Shown in pieces: positions 35,701 to 48,902 of a stretch of DNA of 64,000 nucleotides. Origin of the DNA: Takakia lepidozioides. Taxonomy: Eukaryota > Plantae > Bryophyta. The position numbers and the translations under genes are program-made. The DNA lies in contig CM060733.1 in the NCBI GenBank assembly GCA_030704615.1, positions 69,378,001 to 69,442,000 of the forward strand, given 5' to 3'. The notes beneath the pieces were generated by a model, which worked only from the letters and a program-made list of their open reading frames with translations, did no database searches and had not been told where the DNA came from. How positions within the stretch are numbered: position 1 is the first letter of the stretch; every line of letters begins with the position of its first letter.

Positions 35701-37566
35701 GATTCTTTGTTCTGGATGTCAAAAGTGGCCAAGAAATGGTTGGCCGGACTGCCGAAGATTCGGTCTCTGCAAATGCTACCTTCTTCTCCTTGGGATGGAA
35801 CAGTTTCCGCCACCTTCCGTGCGCCTGACTTCATGACTTTAAAGTTCACCTTTCCCTAGCGTATCTCGTTGCTGTCGGGTCATTACTGCATAACTACCTT
35901 CCTCTGGGTTAGCCTGCGTAGTTTGAGTGGCGCCGAGCTCACTGGAAATCCAATTGACTTGGTGTTGCGTCTCCTGTTGACGAGACGACTGACCGGGATG
36001 CATACTGGCCTGCTGTTGGGATGGCGCCGAAGTGGACGCCTACTGCCCTCCCTGCACCCTTACATCCTGAGGGGGAGACCACGTATTAGAAGAACCCTGG
36101 GCTATCTCAGCCGCAGGATTTGAATAGGCTGCTCGGGAATTCTGTCCCATAGCTGCATTGCCCCCAGAATATAATGGGTCTGTCTGATCTGTTCTAGGCC
36201 GTTGCGCTATCTGCGTTGGAGTAGCAAAATACATGCTATGCTGTTGTGGTAGAGGGTTGGGTGGTTCAATGGTATACTGATCCGGGAAGGGTGCTCGCTT
36301 CCCTTCCAAATTCCTCTCTACTTGTTGATTGGTGGCCGGCGTAGGCTGATCCACTTGTCTATGAGGACATTTGTCCAAGGGGTGACCTCGTTGGCCACAG
36401 TGCAAACACACAATGTCACTCCAACAATTTTCAGTTGGGTGAGTGGTTCTTCCGCATTTTTGACATCCTCTACGGGATTGATTGAATTGCTTTTTTGGCC
36501 TATCTTGATAAGTTGGGTTCCGGCTTACCTACCTTTCCCGATTGGGATAAGGACAGTGTTGAGACGCATGTCCCAAGTTGTTGCAATTGGAACACCATAC
36601 CTTGGCCGGGTTGGGGCCGGACTCTCCAACTGGGGCCGCATCTCGGTACCCCACATAGCTGGTAATTTGTTGACCGATTGAACTCATGCGGTCGCCCATT
36701 GTTTCAATGGTCTTGATGAGAGAAGTGACTTGTGCCTCTAGATGGCCCACTCGCGAATCGGATTGCCCGCTTGAATCTGCCTGTGAGTTGGTAGGAATAA
36801 CATTCGTGTATTGCGGCACCGTTGGCGCTACTACGGGTGTCGGGGACGTTGCTAGGGCATAGGGTCTCACTCCTCCTACATAAGATGGCGTGTAATGCAG
36901 CGCGGGCTGGATTACTGCTAATGGTGCCGGCTCTTGCGCGGGCTCAATTGAAATGTACGATGGTAGAGCAAAATTGGGCATCTTAGCTCGTTGTACTTGG
37001 CGATGCATGTTGTCAAATTCCTTGCCCACTTGTATGGCATCTACCAAAGTTGCAGGTCTTTGCTGCAAAACATGGAAGTGAGTGGCCTCTCGTAATTCAC
37101 TCAAAAAACAATCTTTGAGTACCCCATCATCTAGGGGGATCAAAGGGTTTTGGAGTCGCATTAGCTCCCTGAATCGCATTTCGAAGTCTACTACCTCCTC
37201 TGTGGGGCCTTGGCAAATCCTTGCCAGTGCCATCAAGACACTGGTGAACTAGTGGACTGCCCGAAAATGGTCTAGAAATACATCCCAAATCTGCTACCAA
37301 GTAGTAAATATACCTGGAGCCTGTTGCCAATACCAAGTAGATGCTCTTCCCCTCATGGTTGTGGGAAACCATATCAACCAATACGCATCATTTAGTGCTT
37401 GGTTAGAGTAGCAACATTGAATGAAGCTTTTCACATGATATTCTGGATTTTCATGTGCTTCCCCGGAGAACCAAGGCAGATGTCTGGGCAATGTTAGCGA
37501 GGGTAGACTTGCTTCAACCACAATGGGTACCTCAGTGGGTCCTGGAATATGTGCCATGATTGACAC
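32770..37566 (-). mobile_element. Ty3/gypsy LTR retrotransposon gag-pol pseudogene (integrase core missing)
   Basis: Gag (FSGEAHENPEYHVKSF; MRGRASTWY), two CCHC knuckles (CSNCNNLGHASQHC, CLHCGQRGHPLDKC), protease (LVDDGS; LLGRPWL), RT (LRVCVDF, FPLPFID, MDGFSG, IFLDDF), RNase H (VYVDAS..EALGMIFAV..FVDH) and integrase N-terminus (LYRRGLDG..AHDSMCGGHF), in gypsy order. Many stops and frameshifts. Confidence 0.93.
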
Positions 37567-37889
37567 TAATGACGGCGAGGGACTCCTTGACCTAGCCGGT
37601 GGGGTATAAGGGGACTAGATATAGGGGAAACCACTCGTGAACACTCGATGTCCGAAGAACTTTCAATGTTCTCTCCTTCCCACTTTATCTTTCCCAAAAT
37701 TCTAGTTTCTGAGTCTGACTCTGGACTCAATGCTGGGTTTTTCCCTAGCAACTGATCACGGACGGCTTCTCTAGCCAGTCTTATCTGTAACCTGGTGTCA
37801 AACGATATGCTATCCAAGCTTGGGAGTGTGTCTCTCAATCTTGAGCTAGACATACACTCACTGTTGTACCGACGAGGATTCTCCTGCCT

Positions 37890-38414
37890 CAGTCTGTACT
37901 GAAGGACCTATATTTCCTTGAACTACCATGTCAAGAATAAACGAGGTCAAATTTGCATACCTTCCATGAAACTGTGGCGATGGAGGCACGTCAGTGTGCA
38001 ATCGATGGTGCATTAAGGGATAACCAACCGGCCAAGGTCCTTCACAATGCGAGCACTCGGATCGGAGTATCAGTTGTTGGCTTGCAAAGATCTGGCAAGA
38101 CTCACAATGAGTAAGGAAATCAACTTGTCACCTTAAGTGGGCTAGGAGGGATGATCTCGGGTGTAATGCTCTCCCAAGTAAATACCTGGGCAGGGACAAC
38201 CCGGAAACACAAATCTGTCTGGGCACCAATAAAAGTTTTGAGTGGTGCCGTCTGGAAGAATTCGGGTGTACCAAACTCTCTCGTCAATCCAACGTTTCTT
38301 ATGCACTTTTTTCTCTCCCAGATACCAGATATATTCTTCGATCCTCTCTCGGGTAGATAAGGGTTTGTGGAAAAACCAATGTCGAATGCGCTTCACTTTT
38401 TCGTCAAAGGACAT
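37890..38414 (-). pseudogene. Cys/His-rich accessory ORF upstream of gag
   Basis: FPGCPCPGIYLGEHY..(frameshift)HLR*QVDFLTHCESCQIFASQQLILRS; similar to the ORF at 45657-46607. Confidence 0.5.
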
Positions 38415-38611
38415 ACCAACTTCTTAATTGTGCTTCACAATTCCACACTTGTTTGCACACTGCGTTAATCAAGGAATGATGAGATGAACATAATGTAGCT
38501 TGGCTGGTTTAATACAGCAGAGCATAACCGCCTCTCGCTACTGCATCCCACCCAAAATGGAGACTCGAGACCCCTCACGCTAGAAGTTCCTGAAATCTCC
38601 ACACTAATCAC

Positions 38612-39316
38612 TCAGATCCGGATGACTACTGGAGGCGGGCTCATCCTCGTCTTAGAGACAGTACTCCCCTCCTTTCCACTTTCAGTCCCCCTCCTCTCCT
38701 TTTCCTCGCCCTTGGCTGAAAATTCCAACTTAATACCTCGGGCCTTTGTCACATTGTCAACAACAGTACCAGTACCAGTACCAACACCTTTCATATCCTG
38801 GCCCTCAAGGATTCCCTCCACACTCCCTTTCAGATAACCTTCGTTCTTCCCAAGAATTGTACCACTCTTTGAACCACTAGGAATTGGAGAAGAGTGTGCA
38901 ATTACCTCGTTGAAGGTGTCCTTCAGGGTGCCCAAGTCTGTAGCAAGTGGTTGTTCATTGTCTTCTACTTGCAACGTTGGGACTACTAAGTTGTCTGAAG
39001 GTAGAAGTGGGTTGTTGCTGAAGAGGGGAGCACTCACAAGACGATGTAGATTCCCACTCATAATCTTCAACCCTGAATCTGGATCAGGTGACACGCTCTC
39101 ATTTTGCAAAACATCACGTTGAGATGATGGACCAGGCGTGTTCAGGCCTGCGTGCACAACACCTATGCTAGGGACCTGATCACTGTTTGGAGACTTCCCA
39201 GTAAAAGTGTTTGATGCATAATAGATGGACCCTGCTGCACTGAATGAAGAAGGTCCAGGGGCACTCATCAAAAGGTTGCGTTCCATGCTATTGGCCTTCA
39301 AAGGAGATTCCATCAT
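38612..39316 (-). CDS. Low-complexity Ser/Pro/Gly-rich ORF in the retroelement 5' leader
   Basis: 234-codon open frame, same strand as gag and upstream of it; no recognisable domain. Confidence 0.3.
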   Translation of the reverse strand: MMESPLKANSMERNLLMSAPGPSSFSAAGSIYYASNTFTGKSPNSDQVPSIGVVHAGLNTPGPSSQRDVLQNESVSPDPDSGLKIMSGNLHRLVSAPLFSNNPLLPSDNLVVPTLQVEDNEQPLATDLGTLKDTFNEVIAHSSPIPSGSKSGTILGKNEGYLKGSVEGILEGQDMKGVGTGTGTVVDNVTKARGIKLEFSAKGEEKERRGTESGKEGSTVSKTRMSPPPVVIRI

Positions 39317-39779
39317 GCTATAGTCAGAACCTACAAGAGAAACAAAGACCAGATATTAGTTTAGTTTTTCTTAAAGCACGGACTCTTAGCCCACAACTGG
39401 AACATCTGAAGTCGGAAAGCAATGTTTTCATCCCCAAATATACTAGGTTCCATGGTACTTTGTGTATCATGGTAATAGTCCATATATTCTTTAAGTACCC
39501 TATCATTTCACTACTCATATATCAAATACCTCACATACCCGATGCAAATATAGAGTAATACCTGAATGTATAAAAGTACTATAGGTAAGAAATATTGCAC
39601 CTACTAGGTAACAACTACGCTATGATCATACTCAAGTACCATGGAGGCAATACCGCGAGCAGCCTCCTACCAGGTGACAAGTACATGGTAGTACTTTCAA
39701 CTACCATGCAAACATGACCACAAGTACCCCAATAAAAAATACACATACATGGAATTGAAAGTACCCATTCAGTCTCCCA

Positions 39780-40030
39780 AATACCAGGACTGGCTTGACA
39801 TACCTAATACAAGGAATTGAAATACCCTATGATATATCCTAAGTACCAACAGTGCCTATGACATACCTACGAGGAATTCCAAGTACTCTATCATATCTCC
39901 TAAGTACCACTACAAGTGCCTATGACATACTTGTGAGGAATTCCAAGTACTCTACCATATCCCCCAAGTACCACTAGAAGTGCCTATGACATACCTGTGA
40001 GGAATTCCAAGTACTCTATCATATACTCTA
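39780..40030. repeat. About 4 tandem units of 61-64 bp in the retroelement leader
   Basis: AAGTACCAC..AGTGCCTATGACATAC..GAGGAATTCCAAGTACTCTA recurs at about 39841, 39902 and 39966. Confidence 0.8.
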
Positions 40031-43000
40031 GGATTGATGCCCACGCCACACAAGCCCTCAACATCTATGAAGAAAGCTTCTGTCAAAACTGGAGTTTTGC
40101 CAAGAGGAAACTTCTTGTCTCGTCTATTTCCCTCACTGGGGTCATCATTCTGTGAATCGCCAAATCCGTCATTCATAGCACTCCAATGCCTAAGACCCTG
40201 CTGTCCTTCATTATCGTTCGACATTGACTCCCAATGAAATAGAACAAATTTGATTTAGGTAGAAGCGCCGCCTCTGCAATTATCAAAGTTAACACCTACG
40301 TCAGCCAGTACACTGGTCAAAATATACTTGACAAGGGGGGCATGTGCTTGTGTGCAGGTTTTTACGAATAATCTTATACTGTAGTAGTGTCACAGATATT
40401 AGAGACATGTATTCATAGACAGATAAGGACTTACTTGGTTTATGGGTTGCAATTTCTCAAGGGCCTGGCGAACTTCAGGTCTGGTCCATATGGAGCTGGA
40501 ATACCTGGATCTCCTCAGCCAAAATGCCTACCTTGGGGACCTTCTCAGAATTCTGCAAAGTGCCAGCAAGGGAATCAGTTGAATCCATTGAACCAGGTAA
40601 GGGATAGGAAACCAGACACTCAAATACTCAAAGGCACATGGCTGGACCAATAATTAAAGCAATCACTAAAAACCCAGGCTGAAAGAAACAAAATATTTGT
40701 ATGCATTGAATGTGAACCAACCTCTGGCACCACACACACCTCCAAAGGGGTGAGTGTGAGTTAAGCACATTACACCTCCTTCAGGGCAAAAACCGAAAAG
40801 CAAAAGCAAAGCTTGCAAATGCTACTACGCCCACACTACAAGGGCCACTGTGCAGCTACAAAATCCAAGTAAGGCCTATATCAACACCTGCTCACAAACG
40901 GTACTAGTAAGCTGCAAGCTCTCTACGACTGCAAAGGCCCCCACTATGTCATTCCAGACGTGTGACAGATATACAAGCATGTAATGGAGGCTAAAATGAT
41001 CTAAAAAACAAGCAAAGTTTGGCTGAGTATCTGCTCAAGCTGGCAGAGTTCAATAGCAAGGTGACATTGGATTAGTTTAATGCTAACATTGTGCTATTCC
41101 TTGTGAAACTATAGGTAGTCATGATTTATTGTCTGGTAAGTCAGGCAGCTGTTCACTAAAACAACAACCATACTTTGAGGCTTGACATGAAGATGAGAGA
41201 TAGTGACTACATATTCTGAAGTTTTTGTTACTTAAGTACATATTATCCTGGCCTATGTTGATGCTACAGCTGACCAACAGAGTTCAAGAATATCTTCCTA
41301 TTTGACCCGTTGCATTAATATACCTCCATACCAAGTATTCCAGGCACCAGGCTGAACCACGACAATTGTAAGGTCCTAAATGCAATCCATTCTCATTCAT
41401 ATCCAGCAGGGGTTCCACTTTGTTCAGGTTTTCGTTGTCTTTTCGGCCATGAAATTGGTGGAGTTAAAGATCTAGCTGGCCCACAAATATACAAAGGTAA
41501 ATAGAATATATCTCCTAAGTACAAGAGTAGCTGTAAAAACTACAACACTACCACAAATACTCCAACTCAAGTCAACATCACTACGAGTTGCAACTTACCC
41601 AAAAACGCATCAAACATCACATCCTGCAGTCCATCAAATTCCACTATCCAGTTAAAGAAACAGGTGCAAGCGCGGCCCCCTCTATGCCCGGCAACACTGC
41701 AAATACTTCCACCCACAACCACCTTAGTCATAAACAGGCAACATGCAACTAAACCTACAATTACCACACAAACAAGACTACAAAGTCACACAAGCCTTAA
41801 AAAAAATGTAGCACAGCAATATGGCACTCATATGATCATCTAGAAACCAGAGAAGTCATAGTCAAGCTCCTAGTCACCCAACACAGAAGAGCATATAAGT
41901 AGAAAGCAGAAAGCAATTGTCCGTAGATAGCGGAAAGATCTTATCAGACAGAAGGAAAACAAGAAAAAGAAATAGGGATGTGGGTCACTTACTTGAGATG
42001 GGAAGTATCTCTGGAAACAACAACAGTGAATTCCAAATCTTGGAGAGGAAGGATAAACGGTTAACCCTATCTGCATTTCTATGAGACCAAAAGTCATCAC
42101 TTGACTAAGAGAACATCTTCAATCCTCAGAAATCCTCGTGTGCCATTCAAAAACTATCAAAAATTTCATCGAAAGCCTCTGATGTGCTGACATATATACA
42201 ACCGCATCACAGGTAAGTTTCAAGTGACATTTGTAAACCTACGACTATGCAGAGACACCTACCAGAGGCTCATCACATGAGCACATAATACAAACCTTGA
42301 ACACATCATACTGCGATAGTGATAAAAGACCAGAGGAAGAGCAAACAAGAACCTTGCCGCAGGGGATAAAGTGGTCGTTGTGGTCGTGGGTCAAGCAAAG
42401 AATATTCACTGGTCCATCAATGTTTGCGCTGAAATGGGCACCTCTACCCGCCACTCCGTTCCCCAAATATGACTTCTCGCTGCCAGGCGTGGCGTAATTG
42501 ATGGCCCCGCCTATACTGCGCCTATGTCCAGAAGCCCCAATGTTTCTCGAGTGCTAATAGTGATACACGCACAAGCGTTTGCAAGCAAAAAAATGTGACA
42601 TCTGAAGCAAAATTCTAAATACCAGCATATAAATTGCCACTTCCCAAGAGTCTCTACACTGAACAACAAACTTCAAGAAGACATCCTCTAGTGACAAACA
42701 GAAGAAGGAGCCCGAGGCAGCCTGCAATTTCTACTCAAGGGACTGTCGAATGGTCAAAGTTTCTTGCAGGTAAGCTGCCAAGCATTTTTAATCCTCATAA
42801 AGAAAGACTTCAGTAAGAGATTGGGTGTCACAGAATAGACAATTCAATCTCCCATAGATTTCATAGTAGATAGGGCCATAAACGAAGGTGTGTTCTGGAA
42901 AGAACAACACTGGTCATTCATGAACTTCACAAGGGTACTCATGGGTTGGGTTTACTTTCATGACACTCGGAGTTGCTCTCGATCAAGATGAACAGACAAG

Positions 43001-43979
43001 TAGCCAACTTCACAAAGTCATGACCTGAAGAATGACGTCCCCAAGATAGATCTCGAGTTTTTGAACCAGTCAGCTCGTTGTCAGCTCCTCTTCCTCGCCC
43101 TGCTCAATCCTCACGGCTACCCGTCGAGTCTTTGTCACACACAACACTCAACTAGGCCAGCTCTAGTCACCCTCGCTCCCCTTCTCCAGTTACCAGGAAG
43201 AGACAATTTCAATCGTCGTGCTGCAGCGCCATAGACAACTTCACATGCCACTACCTCACTTTCGCAAGAGACACAAAGTGTTGTTCACAAGCTACAACAA
43301 ACCCGACAACCATCAGCCTCTGTAGGTCCAAAAAGCATGCATTCAAGGAAAAAACGATCATCTACCTTGTGTTTTTTCAGCATCAGCAGCACATGAAACT
43401 ATAACCTACACTCACACATTGTCTCCCACCACTCGTCCCCTATCACTCCCAACACAACCAACTCTCCCGTTCAGTGTTACCTTTCGTATGTCACCGTCGT
43501 CTCCTTGTCTTCGTCGCTACTCCAGTCGCAAGCTCAGCTCGCACCTTCCAAGCTCCAACACTGCAACACTCTAAACCCCAATCTACAGCTCTACGCAACA
43601 ACCTGAACACGACCACGCAAACGCCCGTCACGAAAAGAAGCACCTTCACGAAGAGAAACTAGTCGCATCGTGAAGGCAGCGCGCAATCATTCAATATGTC
43701 AGTACGTAATTAATGATAACCGTCAACTTCAGCCTGAATCATTCTCCAATGATTTTTTCGGACCCCCTCTACAAACTCTGTCGCTTTGGCCAGATGCAGG
43801 CCGTTGGATGTGAAACTCGCTTGTAGATCTAACGACGATTATGTTTTTCCATTTTTCTGATATTATCCTCTACCGAAGTTCAGTACGCAGCAAAACTACT
43901 TCCCAAGTACCCCATTATTCGTCACTTTTGGCCTACCTCTTTCATGCTTATACCCGGGTATCGGTTTTAACTACTGGAT

Positions 43980-45411
43980 ATTACGACGGACCCCGCCAGG
44001 GATTGTTGGTCCCTGGGACGGGTATTTTAAGGGGGGTTTTCTCCCTATACCTTTGATTTCTTGTGCACTATTCATGGTGTTCTTCTTGCATGGGAATGAG
44101 GGCGTGTTTTAGCAAAGGATAAGAAATGGTTGGAACCATTGGATAGGCCCCAGTGAGGTCATCAGTTTGATATGTATTCCGGGGTTTGTGAAAGCATGGC
44201 TCACGGGTGGATGCCACAGGCAGAGAGAGAGAGCCCAGAGACAGGGAGGAGAGAATCCCTGGTGGGGGTTTCACAAGGTAGAAGATGACATGTTTCAACT
44301 TCGTTCTAGGCTGGTTGCCTGCATAAATTAATCCGATTATATTGAAAATAGGTGGAAAAGGCGCGGGGAATGGACCCTGGGACCCACTGAATGTTTAATC
44401 ATTGTTTACACACCAGGGTGGCGAGCAGATGAGAAACTGATGGACGGCAGATTTCATTCATCCTGGCCCGGTGATGGTTTAAGTTGCTAATGCGTTGTTG
44501 ATTGGTTTGGTATAGGAATCTAGGGGCGCTCCCAAGTGGAGAGCGGTTCCCCAATGCTCCCGACATAAAGGGCGTTCCCTGGTACCTTGAGGGTAATTTA
44601 GTTAGTTCCAGCATCCTACGATGATTCTCTATTTCTACGAATTTCATGCATTTGTAGGAATATTTTCATGATTTGTTCTTTATTATTTCGTAAGGTAATT
44701 CACATTTATTAAGGGATTTTTCGGACCCCCTTAACTTGAAAACGGAAGTTTTAAGGGCGGTATCGCCCCCTTCCGCCGAGGATATTTGAAGTCAAGTACC
44801 CGGCCGCTTGGGGGGGCTTGGGCCAAGGAACGGCTATTGTTTTATTAGATCTCGGGAATTTCCTAGAGGTTTGAATTGTTATCATTCACCCGATGGACTG
44901 ACCATTGAGGTTGAATTTTGGATCGCTCTAGGCAGGAGAGACTGACTTGGGAAAGCGGATCCGGTCCCTTCCTAGGAGGTAGGACACTAATCCACCTCGG
45001 GATTCAGGGGGGGCATTGGGCGAGAGATAGATGATCCCCGTCTCCCTGGGCTTGGGATTCGTTTTGTGAAGGGATTTGAAGGTTCGTCCCGGCTATAAGC
45101 GCGTTGGGCGTCCAGGCATGTAGGAAGTAGTAATAAACAAAGACTTGGAAGGCCATTACGATTAAAGACGTAGAAAATACATAAACAAAACGTAGGACTA
45201 GGAAACGCAAATCGCCCTGTGAAGTGGAGTTGTTAAGCTTTGCTTTGTCGGTAGGAAGTTAGACTATTTAGATCCGTCCATAGCTGCCGCGGACCCCTGC
45301 ACTTACCGCAGCCGGGTAGGCGGTTCGTTGAGCCCAACATACACCGCAACTTGCCACGACCCCCTAGGCTAGTATGCCGTCACCCTGGCCGCGCGCGACC
45401 AGGGCTCGTCA
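43980..45411 (+). mobile_element. Probable 5' LTR of a second, plus-strand LTR retrotransposon (5' boundary uncertain)
   Basis: Non-coding stretch ending ...CTCGTCA a few bases before a tRNA primer-binding site. No partner LTR found in the window. Confidence 0.45.
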
Positions 45412-45417
45412 TATTTT

Positions 45418-45436
45418 TGGGTGCGTCTGCCGGGAG
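45418..45436 (+). promoter_or_regulatory. Primer-binding site complementary to the 3' end of tRNA-Gly(UCC)
   Basis: TG(G)GTGCGTCTGCCGGGAG is the reverse complement of the plant tRNA-Gly(UCC) end CUCCCGGCAGACGCACCA (tRNA sequence recalled, not searched), with one extra G. Confidence 0.7.
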
Positions 45437-45656
45437 ACAAGTGAAAGTCATATTTCTCCGTGGTCAGAATGAATGAGTACTTACTGACCATTATTCTTTA
45501 TCTTGATCTTACTATCGCACTCTGTTTGATGTTGTGCATCTTTTATTCGTGTCTCATGCCCAAGGAGGCTGATTGACTACTTTCTGTACATGTAAGCAGA
45601 TTTATCACACTTAAGTGTGCATTGAGCTAAACTCATGGCTCTCCTTGAATTGCAGT

Positions 45657-46607
45657 ATGGCTGCATCGTCTGGAGCTCCCCGTCGGGAGCATTCCTTTGA
45701 GTACCGCGTGATCGGACTCTATCGCATTATCTCCGGCACCAGGACTGGAGACGTGCCTGGCCCAGAGGCCACAATAATTTGCAGATTGATGCGACGGCGC
45801 ATCTTGACCATTACAGAGGAATATCGGGAGTATTGGATCTCTGCCCGAGTGGGACCTCGAGGCCTCGAAGCCCGGACGGCTCCCATCTCCACATTCTTCT
45901 GGTTCAATACCCGTTGGCCGGGTTGTTGCCAGCCACATTTCCTCGCTTATATTCATTTTGACTCGACCCCTGAGGTCCATCTTGCTTGGCAGATGTCTTA
46001 TTTGGCCTGTTGTGCGTTGTGTCGCACCATCACCGACACCCTGTTGTATATGCGCAGCAGGACGATTCGACGATCGGCCCCTTTGAGAGAGTGCGTAGGA
46101 CGTGCTCTTTGCAGCCATCGCCCCGCCTTTGTGGATTGGCTGATTGGGGTAGGACCAGGAGAGAGCGGGATCAAGGGCGAGAGTCTCCCACATCCGAGGA
46201 GGTCTTGCCGACCCTTTCTGCCACCCCGATATTATCACCGAGGGACCACACCAGCGTCCCTTATCCGTGAGTTGATTACGCCCGGTTCATTGTCATTGCT
46301 GCACACAGTTAGAGACCGGCCAGCAGAGAGTTCTTTCTTTGCATCACCTGCTACAGTTCGTAGGTTCATCCCATTGGACCCAGCCCAGCCAGCAGCCTTT
46401 CCTTTTGGCCTGAGGACTCCTCGGGCATATCTGCCTCGGTTACCACATCACATGGTATATGCGGCTTCTTCAGTAGAGAGTGCCCCGAGTGGACCTACTG
46501 AGTACACTTCCTCAGAAGAAGAGTGTAGTATCAAGTGCCAAACTCAAATCAAGGCAAAAAGTGATGGGGCACAAGAAGAAGGTCAAGCTGCCAGTTACTT
46601 TTGTTGA
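45657..46607 (+). CDS. Retroelement accessory ORF with Cys/His motif (not Gag)
   Basis: Open frame of about 316 codons, 220 bp after the PBS, containing WPGCCQPHFLAYIHF..VHLAWQMSYLACCALCRT..LYMRS. Confidence 0.55.
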   Translation: MAASSGAPRREHSFEYRVIGLYRIISGTRTGDVPGPEATIICRLMRRRILTITEEYREYWISARVGPRGLEARTAPISTFFWFNTRWPGCCQPHFLAYIHFDSTPEVHLAWQMSYLACCALCRTITDTLLYMRSRTIRRSAPLRECVGRALCSHRPAFVDWLIGVGPGESGIKGESLPHPRRSCRPFLPPRYYHRGTTPASLIRELITPGSLSLLHTVRDRPAESSFFASPATVRRFIPLDPAQPAAFPFGLRTPRAYLPRLPHHMVYAASSVESAPSGPTEYTSSEEECSIKCQTQIKAKSDGAQEEGQAASYFC

Positions 46608-47163
46608 CTTGGATTTAGATTCTAAGGATGCTGAAGCAGCTTCTGATGCCTCCGAGTCCGAAGTTGGGTTGGAAGGACGTGAACATTGCAAACAAGTACC
46701 TGGCCATGATGAGGAGGATGATAGTTCGAGCGGGGATGGGGATACGGACAGTGCCGCGGAGGGGGATAGTGAGGAAGGTGAGGAAGGCGAGGAAGGCGAG
46801 AGTTCCTCATCGGGGTCGGATGAGCGCTCGCCACCACCTAAGAAGGTGGTGCCTGATCCCCGAAGTGGGAAGCGCAAGCGTAAGCTAACTGCAAAGGCAA
46901 AGGCTCACAAGCCACACCTTCGCAGCGATGGTGAGCCAGAGACCCCATCTCCAACAAAGAAGATGAAGGTGGCTGCTGGTCAGATGAAATCCCTATCTTT
47001 CGTCAAGACTCCCAAGGTTTTGAAATCTGGAAAGACTAAGAAAGGTAAGCCTCACCATGGGGAGGCTAAGGAGCTGAAGATTGGAGCCTTGCATAAGAAA
47101 AACAGGAAAGAAACAAAGAAGGGTAGCAAGGCTACCAAGCATGGCAAGGGCAAGAAGCATTGA
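46480..47163 (+). CDS. Acidic then Lys-rich ORF, probably the frameshifted continuation of the accessory ORF
   Basis: D/E/S tract followed by K-rich NLS-like stretches (GKRKRK); overlaps the previous ORF. Confidence 0.4.
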   Translation: MPRVDLLSTLPQKKSVVSSAKLKSRQKVMGHKKKVKLPVTFVDLDLDSKDAEAASDASESEVGLEGREHCKQVPGHDEEDDSSSGDGDTDSAAEGDSEEGEEGEEGESSSSGSDERSPPPKKVVPDPRSGKRKRKLTAKAKAHKPHLRSDGEPETPSPTKKMKVAAGQMKSLSFVKTPKVLKSGKTKKGKPHHGEAKELKIGALHKKNRKETKKGSKATKHGKGKKH

Positions 47164-48390
47164 AACACCAGTAAGTATTAATGTACATGTGCAGATCTAA
47201 AATTTGTTGTTATGATTGTGTGTTCGTTATGGGTATGTGCATATGAATTGACTTCATTTTGTTGTATTGTAGGGTATTGCAGGGTACTGTGGGTACTATG
47301 GGTACTTGTGCGACAGTACATGGCATCACCAAAGAAACTGGACGGAAATACCTGTGAGGGAGGGGGTACCACCACTCTCAATGACTGGTGCTGGTGCATT
47401 TGGCAGGGTGTGTACTTTGCATGAGCGGTGAGCATGAGCATGAGCAGAATAAAGCATGAGCAGCCGTATATCCAAGGAATATTCCTCCATATTTGGATTT
47501 CCAACCGCAATTCTGACAGCATTTGAAGTTGAAAAAGGGTAGGAGCACCATCAGTAAGTGCAACATTCCGTAGGTTCGGTTATTCAAAATTAGGTTCGGT
47601 AGTTGCCGAACCTATGTAGTCGTTGCCGATTACAGACTCTCGGCCGAGAGGTCTGGGGGCAAATACCCGCGAGAATAGGGGCACGATAGAAAGTCTGCGG
47701 GAATAAGTACACTATAAAAAATTTCTATAAAAAATAATGGAAGGCATGAAGTGTAGTTAGTATGAGCAGGTAATTCAAATGTGTGAGATCGCATATTGTT
47801 AATTAATAAAAATGGCGGGAATGAGATTTGAGCCCTGAATAAACACTGTAACATGCAGGCACCTTTGTTTATGGCATGCACAAGAAGTTGAACTCGAGAC
47901 CTAAAGAGAATGAAATTGATCATGCAGAGGATATCATCCATTACAAATATAGACAGAAGATTCTTCTGGCACGTCCCACGATTTGGAAGTGCAAACGGCT
48001 AAAAACAAAATAGAAGGAAAAAATATCGGTCAGGTGGAAAGTGGACGGTGGCATGGTAGGTACAGCGGCATTAAAAAACTTATTTTGAAACAACCGAAAG
48101 CTCCAAAATAATATAGGATATGTTGTTCGATACCTACCAGGTTTCGTCTCAAGCGAAAGCAACGAAGCGTACATAGCAACTTGCAGTCTGCACCGACTAT
48201 AAGCACATTGCTCTCTGCCACTTTCTCTTTCAACAGCAGGGCTGCTGTTCAACACCTACTTCATTTTGTCAAAGACAGCAGTTTTTTCGGCTGGCTGTCA
48301 CTTGTAGTCTACAACGACTACAAGCACACTGTTTGGGGTCACTTTCTATACCGATCAGTTGTATTTTTGGATAGTCCGTTCTTAGATAAG

Positions 48391-48902
48391 ATGGACGCGA
48401 GCTCTTCCAATGCAGGCACAAGCAGTAGTGGTGTCAGTGGAAATGGGGAGGACAGGCCTGCATCGACTTCATGGTGGGCTCCCTTTACGGACGATATCGT
48501 CGAGCGCCTTGCCAAGCACGAAAATGATGAGGCAATGGTGGTTCATCAGATCGTCAATGGGAACGGCCCTTCAACAGGGACTCCACTGCGGATTTTGACG
48601 ACGACGACGACGACGATGAAGATGAGCACATGGACATTAATGGGGAAGGTGAGGAGATGGAGGTACATGAAGAAGATGACTTGCGATGGACAGGGGCAAG
48701 CATGGAAATCATTGAAATGCATTCAATGTAGTTTGTTATCGTAGGAGCTACATGTCCAGCAACAAAAGAACGATGCATTGGTCCAGTAGAGGGCAAGTCA
48801 GTCTGTATTATCAGTGGGTGCGACCATTCATTTCACTCTATATGCATTGAAGGGTGGCTGCTTCGAAACGGGTCATGCCATGTTTGCCGCAATAGGATTT
48901 GA
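48391..48902 (+). pseudogene. Small acidic RING-H2 zinc-finger gene remnant
   Basis: After a frameshift (about 48560-48580) and a stop (about 48729) it reads TCPATKERC...GCDHSFHSICIEGWLLRNGSCHVCRNRI, the CxHxFHxxCxxxW..CxxC pattern. Poly-Asp tract upstream and an A-run downstream. Confidence 0.7.
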
